A stretch of DNA of 64,000 nt from Geosiphon pyriformis uo1 (Eukaryota > Fungi > Glomeromycota): positions 997,518-1,061,517 of the forward strand of contig JAAOMT010000664.1 of NCBI GenBank assembly GCA_016748015.1, written 5' to 3'. Under the pieces are notes generated by a model that saw nothing but the letters and a program-made list of their open reading frames with translations, did no database searches and was not told where the DNA came from. Within the stretch, counting starts at the first letter, position 1. Every line of letters begins with the position of its first letter. The translations under genes and the position numbers were made by a program. Shown piece after piece: positions 55,045-64,000 of this stretch.

Positions 55045-56205
55045 CAATAAATACGGTAGTTTGAAATACTATGAATGGATTTCAAGAGAGCATTTGTCAA
55101 ATATCAATGAAATTTCTAGAGAAGAGTTCGGTATAATTTATAAAGTAATATGTGTTGATAGATGAATTGATAAATATAAGATGTAATGCTGAAATAGAAT
55201 ATAAAAGAAGAAAAACTAAATTTTAAGGGAAAAAGTGGGAAGTAGTAATAAAAATTATAAAAAGGAATAGCTTAGAAGTATTTAAAGAGGTAAACAAAGT
55301 ATTATATTTATATTTAATTCATATTTATCCTATCATTTATTTACTATTTATTTTTTACACTGTCAATAGTTAATATTCAAAAGACCTATTATAGTTAATA
55401 AACTTGCCTCAGATTCAATGTTTAGCTTCTTATATAATATTTCTTCAATATATGGATTACGCAAAACGCTGAAATACCAAACATACGAAAATATTTATTA
55501 ACAAATTTTCATTCTACGAGTTGGCCTAATAAATTAGGGATCGCGTGGAGAATATCTTCTGGACTTTTACAAATTCATTCTTTTGGTATTCTTCATCGTG
55601 ACCTACTCGAACAACATTCTACAATTAAGTACCAATGGTATAAAAATTGGAGACCTTGGATTATGTCAATCACTAAACAATGAAATAAGATCAACAACAA
55701 CAGGAAAAGCAAGATCAGAAAAAAAGATATATGGAGTGATTCGATACATTCCACCAGAAGTTTTAAGAGAAGAAAGTTTACAATGGCTGGTGATAATTAT
55801 AGTTATGGAATTTTTTTATGGGAATTAGCAACAGGAATGCTTCCTTTTCATTATCGTTCTCATGAATACCTTCTTATAATGGCTATTTTAAATGGTCAAA
55901 GACCTAAGATTACCTCCCCACTTATTCCACCTTCAATTGCTAAACTGATTGAAAACTGTTGAGATGCTAATCCTAAGAATCGTCCTGGTTTTTGGAAAGT
56001 TAGGGTTAAATTGGGGGAACTTAAGTGGTGGAGTTCCGAGTTTATAGAATCAGAGATATACGCAGAAGAAATGGCAGAAAGTGACGACTCAACGACATCA
56101 AATCAATCAACGACGACAATGACAACAACAATAACTCGCATTCATCCATGAGCAGTTTATACAAGTCGTGCTTTAAATTTGCAAATGATTGATTTTTCTA
56201 AAGGT
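55045..56205 (+). pseudogene. TKL kinase pseudogene, 5'-truncated
   Basis: YYEWI, EVVIK, HRDL, IGDLGLCQ, YGVIRYIPPE, RIHP*AVYTSR; multiple frameshifts and stops. Confidence 0.85.
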
Positions 56206-57619
56206 TAGTTTATTATATTTATAAGTTATAAACATTTTGATTGAATAATCTAATGTTTTAATTTTCAATTATCATTTTTTTAAAACAGAATTTATAACAG
56301 ACCTAATCACCTGATCGCGATTAGTCATTTATCTATTTTATCGTTCGTAATTAGTTTATACTTTGTATCTGTGAGCAGGAGCATTTAAATTATCAAATAA
56401 CCTATCGCTCACATGTTAAGTCTATATTCTATTAATAGGTAAATAGGTAAATAGATAAATAAGTGAAGTTGATGGCTTTTATGATTGAATAGAGAATAAC
56501 GAATAAGGGTGATTTGAATTTCAAGTTAAACTGCCATAATTAATAAGTTATTCACTAATTTATCATGCTAATATATTAAATTTAAGCTTATTTTATGTTA
56601 TAATATTGCTGCTTATCATATTTTGAACTTAATATTCAATAATGAAATTAAAATATCTAAACAAATAATTTGAATTTTACCTTAAAATTCATAAAAATAT
56701 TATATTATACATGTATTTAATTAGTTAACTAATTATAATATTTTTCCAACTTGGTAATTTAATGCACATAGATTATTCATTTAAAAAAGTTTTAATTTAA
56801 ATCATATAAATTATTTATTTTTAAAACATTAATATAAAAAATTGTTGTTATAAACAATATTAATATTTATAATAAAATTATTACAAAAAAAATATCATAA
56901 ATAAAATTACTTTATTATGCAAGTTTACAATTTTTTCAATTTGTGCAATTTAAATAAAAACAATGTTACTTATTAAAATTATTATATGTATTATTTGAAA
57001 ATTATGCTATTTATTTTTCAATATTATTTTCGCATAAATTTACACTGGGCAAACTTAAAAATTTTGTATTATTTGACTATAAATGTAATAATTAAGTGAT
57101 TTATTTTTTCAAACCTTGTAATAATAAAAACTTGGCCAAAAATCTTTACTTTTTTAAAAACTTATTAATTAAAAATTGTCACAGTCTGCAATTTTTGATT
57201 ATTTCTTTTAAAACTATTAAATTAATTATTTTAAAATAATTAATTATATTCTAAACAATTTTTTTTGGAATTATTTGATATTAAATATATTAATAGCAAC
57301 ATTTTAATTAATATTTAAGTAATCTAAAACATCTTTTAATATTTCATTGTTTTATAAAATAACCTATTTTAAATTTGATTTATATCCTTAAAATTTGATA
57401 CAAATGTTTTGAATTCAAAGAATCACCTGTTGTTTGATAAAAAATACGATCGTGTAATATTATGTTATTTTGGCTTTATTTGGTTTTTTTATTTAAAATT
57501 TTTGTTTCAATTATTAGACTGTCAACTAAGACTTTTGGCTTTTTTTATTTCATTTCTTTACCGAAATAAAAGAAAGTTGTATACTGGTATGTAAAATGGT
57601 TCTCTGATATTACTTATGC

Positions 57620-59659
57620 TAATTTATAGATTATGTTTGTGGATTTTCAATATTTTGAAGAAATATTTACTGCGCAACTCTCTACCTTAATTTTAATGCC
57701 ATGGTTTATTGAAAGCAATTTTCTTTGAGATTTAGGAATTGGTTGTAAATAAATTTGAGAAATATTGTAAACCCAATTCAGCCTATATCTCTCCTAAATT
57801 GGGGAAAAGAAAATTTATACTTATATAAATGTTATATAAATGCTTTATCTCAAAGATTTGCTTCAATCAACTCTGTTCAAACGTTCGATAATTCCACATA
57901 ATAAAAAACCTACTAAAAATTACACTTCTCACAAGTTTTCTCAATTCTAAAGAACTCTTCAAGTCTTACGACATCGTTCTCAACATTATCTACAGACTTC
58001 TTTAAATCCCCCACAGTCTTGCAAACTTCTTGCGTAGCCTCTAAAACGGCTTGCACATGTGCACAATTCTCTGAATTATGCAATGTGACAACATCGCTAA
58101 GATTATGGACCCATAAGTAGTGGTAACTTTTCAACTTTTCAATTAAGTTGATGGTAAGCTGACGTAGAGAGGTAAGACCTGTAGTCACATTACGGACTTG
58201 TTTACCAGAATGTTGTAGTTATAAACGGATCCTATTAAAATTAGGATTAAGGAAAAACTTGAAAAAGGCTTGCAATCATTCACCTACTTACAAAGTATAA
58301 AATCACTTTCTAGAATGTGGGAATCTTTAAATAGTTGTACTTCAACATTAGGGAATCTTTCGAGAGCTAGTAATCGCTTTAGGTTTATTTCAAGCATTAG
58401 CAAGATCTGAAGAGCTGTATCAATAGCAACATCAAACTCCGGAGTTGTCATCTTTGATATTTGAAGGTTTTAGAATAATAATTTCTATTTTGAACAATTT
58501 TCAAAGAAAAATGAATTATAGAAAAATCAATTGTATGGCCAATCTACTGAGTCAAATGTATGAAGAAGCAAAAGATTTTGGTCATTATATATTTACATTG
58601 AGTAACCTGTTGAGAGATCGATCAAGTTTCTGCATGAATCAAACACTCTTATGATTGAAAACTGATATATTGGGCGGCTCTCTGAAATCATACATTGTTC
58701 AGAAAATTTGTCTCATTTTCCTCTTTAAAATGATTTCAAGGAGTAAAAAAAACTTATTTTCTTAAAGAGACCATTTTTCATTAAATATCAAGATTTAGTA
58801 TTTTCTAAGGTTTTATTGAAGGAAAAGCTAAGGATGAAGTGGCTTTAAGTATATAACATTTTAAATGGCTTAAAAGTCTTGCTCAACTCTTTGATTTCTC
58901 TTAATTCTCATTCGCTATTGAATAAATCTAAAATTTTTAACCTTATACGGAATATTCTCAATTCCTCTTTTAAATTTATTTCTTTATAAATCTTTTACTG
59001 CAATCAATGAAATCCTCGGTCTAGAAAATGACACAAATTATAGAGTAAAAGGGTTATTCAAGAAAGTTTTCAGCTTGGCAAAAATAATCAAATATTTTAG
59101 TAAAACGAAAATTCAAGTAATTAAAGCTTTTTATAGATGCTATATGATCAAAGGAAATGGCATTAAATTATTTAAAAGATGAAATAGTAGTCATAGCCTA
59201 CCTAAAAACTTTGTTTAATATTATGAGTCAACCTTCGATATCCTGGGGTAAAACTTCAAAAGAGTTTTTTCAGGGTTAGCTTGGACTAACTTTTGAAGTG
59301 GAGGTGATAAGCGACGAGAAATTTCTACTCGAACACGGTATTCCTCGCCTTTAAAAAATTATAAATCAAAAAGGATAAAATATTTCTTCCAATAATTTCA
59401 TTTTTACTAGGAAATTCTTTAAGACTAAATTGATGTAGGAACTGTATCTGGCTCCGGGTTTTTTGTTTTTTTCATCTTTTATTACATGTGGCCTTTCAGA
59501 CACAACGGTTGTGCCGTCTTTGAAGACATTGATAACCTTATCAACAACATGACTTGGATATGGATCAATTTTGACTGATATTTGATCGCGAACTGCTATT
59601 AAATCGACGAGGTTCGTTTCTGGTAGTAATGGTTCGTTTGTTTCAGTGGGTGAAGCCAT
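57620..59659 (-). pseudogene. Multi-exon hypothetical gene, probably disrupted
   Basis: ATG ORF 59659-59366 and coding-like exon blocks at ~59348-59220, ~58620-58300 (frameshifted, GTAAGT donor) and ~58230-57930. No family recognised and the exon joins are unresolved. Confidence 0.4.
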
Positions 59660-60501
59660 AGTATTTAAAGTTCACGCTTCAAGTTTTCTATTTCTAAGAT
59701 CTTGTATAAGCTCTCACTTTATTATAAGGGTGTGAAGTAAATATACTAATTGCGGCCTGATTTTATAATTGTTAGCATGAATATAGTAACTCATAAATCA
59801 TCCTTTCACAGATTTTATGATTAATTTTGAAACATTTACTCTATTATATTATTTGACTCAAATTTTTCAAAGTTTGAGTGAAGAGCAATTTGTGTTGTAA
59901 TATTGATAGCAAACTTTCGTCATATTGAAACTAGTTTGAAAATTTATTCAAAATTTACAATAATAGTAGTTTTGAATAAAAAGTATTTCATGATTTCGGC
60001 GAGAAAAAATTTATTTGGCACAAATTTTAAGGAAATTCATATGAAAAGTTTTAAAATTTAAGGTTGTTTTAGATTTTTTAAATATGAATTTTAGAAATCC
60101 AATAATAAACCAATTAGGCTGTTGAATTTTAATTTTTCTGGGAAAATTTGGATTTTTTTTGCATATTTACGCTTTAATGGAATATTTCTTGCGATATAGC
60201 CTTTTACCAAAATTTAAATCTGTATTTTATAAATTTGGTCAAACACACAAATTTTGTTTAACTTTGTTCCATCATCAGAATGAAAAAGCAATTTTATATA
60301 TTAGCTAAATTCAGTTATACTGTATCAGGGTAAAAAGTTAAAATACAGTTTCAAAAGCTTAGTAATTATTGATAATATTTCTGACGTTCTCTTGATGTCT
60401 ATTGGGTTGAAAAATCAAACTTTAGCATTATGAAATAGTTAAATATCCAATATTTTAAGTCAGAAAAAGATATAGTGATCATCGGCTATAAAAAAATAGT
60501 A

Positions 60502-60620
60502 AAATTACGGCACCCTGTATTCCCGCGTGGTCCCCCACCGCAGTACTGATAAGGCCATCAGTGGCTTAACTTCGGAGATCGGACGGGTTCCGGTGCTTTT
60601 CACTGTGTATGGCCGTAATT
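60502..60620 (-). rRNA. 5S ribosomal RNA, solitary dispersed copy
   Basis: 119 nt: AATTACGGCCATAC...CCCGTCCGATCTCCGAAGTTAAGC (box A)...AGTACTGCGGTGGGGGACCACGCGGGAATAC...GCCGTAATT. The termini are complementary (helix I) and T-runs follow (Pol III terminator). Confidence 0.95.
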
Positions 60621-61899
60621 AAAATTAGCATAAATTTATTTTATTTATTCCATTAAAACTCTGCTCCTTAATAACACATCATGTTAAAATGCAAATTTCG
60701 CTTGCTTTTTGATAAAAAACGAGCATATACCACTTGTCAACTGTACTTAATATTAATTTATCTCAACTGAAACTTATAAACTAGTGACACATTACAAAAT
60801 TCTTTAAATTAATATCATGAAAATTCAAAATAAATATTTTTCTTGGTTTTTATGTAAGAAAATTTAAACAGTTTCAAAAATTAATTTTCAAAATTTCAAA
60901 TATAGTTATTATGTAAAAAAAAAGATATAACAAATAAGATGTAATATTTCAATAAAAAAGCTATATTAAGTTGATTGCCAAATCTTCAGTTATATTATTA
61001 TTTTAAAATAATGTTTGTTATTCATTATTTAATTTTATTTTGGTATGCATAGAAGAAAAGTAATAGGTTGTTCAAAAAACTAAGCACATCTTCATTTTAT
61101 AAATATAAATANNNNNNNNNNNNNNNNNNNNNNNNNNNNNNNNNNNNNNNNNNNNNNNNNNNNNNNNNNNNNNNNNNNNNNNNNNNNNNNNNNNNNNNNN
61201 NNNNNNNNNNNNNNNNNNNNNNNNNNNNNNNNNNNNNNNNNNNNNNNNNNNNNNNNNNNNNNNNNNNNNNNNNNNNNNNNNNNNNNNNNNNNNNNNNNNN
61301 NNNNNNNNNNNNNNNNNNNNNNNNNNNNNNNNNNNNNNNNNNNNNNNNNNNNNNNNNNNNNNNNNNNNNNNNNNNNNNNNNNNNNNNNNNNNNNNNNNNN
61401 NNNNNNNNNNNNNNNNNNNNNNNNNNNNNNNNNNNNNNNNNNNNNNNNNNNNNNNNNNNNNNNNNNNNNNNNNNNNNNNNNNNNNNNNNNNNNNNNNNNN
61501 NNNNNNNNNNNNNNNNNNNNNNNNNNNNNNNNNNNNNNNNNNNNNNNNNNNNNNNNNNNNNNNNNNNNNNNNNNNNNNNNNNNNNNNNNNNNNNNNNNNN
61601 NNNNNNNNNNNNNNNNNNNNNNNNNNNNNNNNNNNNNNNNNNNNNNNNNNNNNNNNNNNNNNNNNNNNNNNNNNNNNNNNNNNNNNNNNNNNNNNNNNNN
61701 NNNNNNNNNNNNNNNNNNNNNNNNNNNNNNNNNNNNNNNNNNNNNNNNNNNNNNNNNNNNNNNNNNNNNNNNNNNNNNNNNNNNNNNNNNNNNNNNNNNN
61801 NNNNNNNNNNNNNNNNNNNNNNNNNNNNNNNNNNNNNNNNNNNNNNNNNNNNNNNNNNNNNNNNNNNNNNNNNNNNNNNNNNNNNNNNNNNNNNNNNNN

Positions 61900-62288
61900 T
61901 CCACTGTTGATGAGTCATTTCTAAGCCTAATTATTTTGTTTCTTAGGTCAAAATAGCCCAAATTCAAACAGAATAGGGACAAAAGAAAAGGATCACCAAA
62001 GTTATTAAAATTTAAATACCTCGAAAATATCCCATGATTGCTTTTTTATTGTTTTCGTAAAAGAAATTACCTATAAATTAAAATGAAAGAAAATAAGTTT
62101 TAAATTAAAAAATTATTTTACGTACACGTACAAATCAAATCTTTAGCAACATATAATGTGTCCTTTTCTATAGGTCTACAATATGGAATATTGGCCACAG
62201 CAGCAAAATATCCCAAAGTTTCAACAAGAACAGGATCCGTAACGAGGAGAATTTTCGATATTTCTTCCAAATCCTTCTGATGAACGAG
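61900..62288 (-). pseudogene. Second class-3 lipase-like gene relic (5' exons; remainder presumably in the N-gap)
   Basis: Exon 62288-62132 (...LVETLGYFAAVANIPYCRP...KDLI), GT-AG intron, exon from 62070 (NFFYENNKKAIMGYFRGI*). It shares the ANxPYC and YFRG motifs and intron position with the lipase at 19254. Confidence 0.6.
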
Positions 62289-62724
62289 CTAGTAAGCTAT
62301 TTAAGGAATATTTTGTATTTTTTAGAAAGACCGGATTAAATAATTGTTTTTCTTAGGGTATAGGTTGAAATAGTATGAGATTGTTTTATGGATGAAACTT
62401 TTTGAATATTTATCCCATACAAAAACCAAGATAATTTTAATAAAAAACCTAGGTGAGAAAAATAACATTAATTAAGCAACATTTGTAAAATATTCCGCCA
62501 AGCTAATATTCTAAGGCTCTGAAAATTTCTGAATTTTCAATTTTTTAGAAGGGCCTATATTTTCACTTTGATTGCAAAATGATAGGTGAGTTAAGGTATT
62601 TGAGGATATAATTTACAAACCACCCATCCGATTTTTGATATTTAGTATACATGTAGATGTATTTGGAAAACGTTTAAATATTGATACAATTTATTTGTAT
62701 ATTTGCTATTAAATTTTGCTGGAT

Positions 62725-63860
62725 TGTAAGGTTCCATCAAGCGCCATTTTCATCTCTATTGATAACTAATTCTTTGAATATTTCCATACCAGCTACAAGT
62801 TTTAGAGGTATAAGCCTCATTTTTGATGATAACTCGGACCCAGCATAGCATCTTTCTAGCTGTTTTCATGAGATTTTTCTCGTTTTCAATCCACAATGTC
62901 CGACACCTCAAAGGAATGAATGACAAGAGCATCAAATTTCTGAGTGAAAAATGTAACAGCCTTTCTGTGTATTTCTGTCTGCAAGTGTAACATCTTCCCA
63001 CACATGCACCCAATCTCCTTTTTTAATCTTCTAGCTTTCTTATGTTTTTAAGGAAGTTATTAAATTATCTGTCTTTGAGCAAAGGTCATTCAAAAAATTG
63101 CAGAGGCGAACAATGTGACTTATTTCACAAGAGCCTATAGCTTTTGTTGGAGAATACAATGTAGATGCCAGGATCTATGGAAACTATATGAATTGAACCC
63201 ACGTGAGTTTCGCGGACCTGTCTTTGTATCTCATAGACTCAAAAAAATGCTCATGACCTGTGATCTTATGTGAATTGAGCCACTTGTAATTTTACGTTTA
63301 TCCTTAAAAATAAAGAATAAGAAATGGCATAAAATTAACATAAATAATATAAACCAATTTTTTGTAGAAAAACATTATCTTCACCTTGTTTTGTTGTGCA
63401 TATGAAAATATTTCTCGAGTGTGAAAGTAAGATATATAGAAGCAATCCCAAGTTAACTTGGCAGAATTCTAATGATGAATTGTTATGGTGTGATGGAGTG
63501 TTTTACAAGATTGAAAAAAAAGATAATGTTTTAATGCACTTTGTTGTTTTGTTGTATTACGTTTAATAACTTTCTTTTGCGCAACCAATGCTTATTAAAT
63601 CGCTTCCTCTGTAATGTTGGCAAGAGCTGAGCCTAAGCAACTTCTTAAGAGAGACGATGGCGCTGCGAAATTTTCTTTATCCAAAAGATGTTTTTGTTAC
63701 AAGTCATAAAAGCTTTAACTATCCTTTTTTTTGTGATACCATCTTATTTCATAATGTGCCATTTTTGTGCTATTCCATTATAGTATTAAAGGCAAATTTT
63801 TTTAAGCCATCTATTACTTCAATAGCCGCTTTTGAGAATGGTTGGAATACATCTTAACTT
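62725..63860 (-). mobile_element. Decayed Fanzor2 / TnpB-family RNA-guided nuclease gene
   Basis: Ordered motifs on minus: KMYSNHSQKRLLK**M..KFAFNT (OrfB N-terminal helix, ~63855-63780); IVSIDPGI (RuvC-I, ~63187-63164); EIHRKAVTFFTQKFDALVIHSFEVSDIV (RuvC-II region); KTARKMLCW; NEAYTSKTCSWYG (Zn finger, ~62821-62783); INRDENGA (RuvC-III, ~62763-62740); LDGTL. Many stops, frameshifts and deletions. Confidence 0.85.
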
Positions 63861-64000
63861 ATAATAAATAATTGATAGCTAATTATTATGCAAAAATAAC
63901 ATAGTCCTTTTTGCATTAAACGATATCTCGTCCAAGCCTTTCAATTGAAATATTATGATGGTTTAAAAAACTATAAACTTGAAGCCTCAGTTAGATAGCT

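Noticed and set aside
61068-61982. Long ORFs of 273-296 aa
   Set aside because: Artefacts of translating through the N-gap.
63657-63857. 66-aa plus-strand ORF
   Set aside because: It is antisense to the N-terminal part of the Fanzor relic.

Overview
This is a very AT-rich, intron-containing eukaryotic window with three N-gaps (12186-12321, 20741-21054, 61112-61899). The gene content points to a Glomeromycota (arbuscular-mycorrhizal-type) fungus; a Geosiphon/Archaeosporales-like lineage is plausible but only inferred. The window is dominated by a birth-and-death array of two-exon BTB-BACK-TLDc genes: 5 complete, 1 with exon 1 presumably in a gap, 2 pseudogenes and 2 fragments. These are interleaved and partly co-duplicated with tyrosine-kinase-like (TKL) kinases: 1 intact, 4 pseudogenes. 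The TLDc domains carry a single hypervariable loop, often built from short tandem repeats, and the paralogues look mosaic. Other content: a LEA/apolipoprotein-like membrane protein; a class-3 lipase lacking its catalytic Ser, plus a second lipase relic; a degenerate bacterial-type MoCo-carrier (SLOG) gene missed by the ORF track; a hAT-like MITE; a dispersed 5S rRNA gene; and a decayed Fanzor2/TnpB nuclease gene at the right end. All calls come from manual translation and motif recognition; no searches were run.
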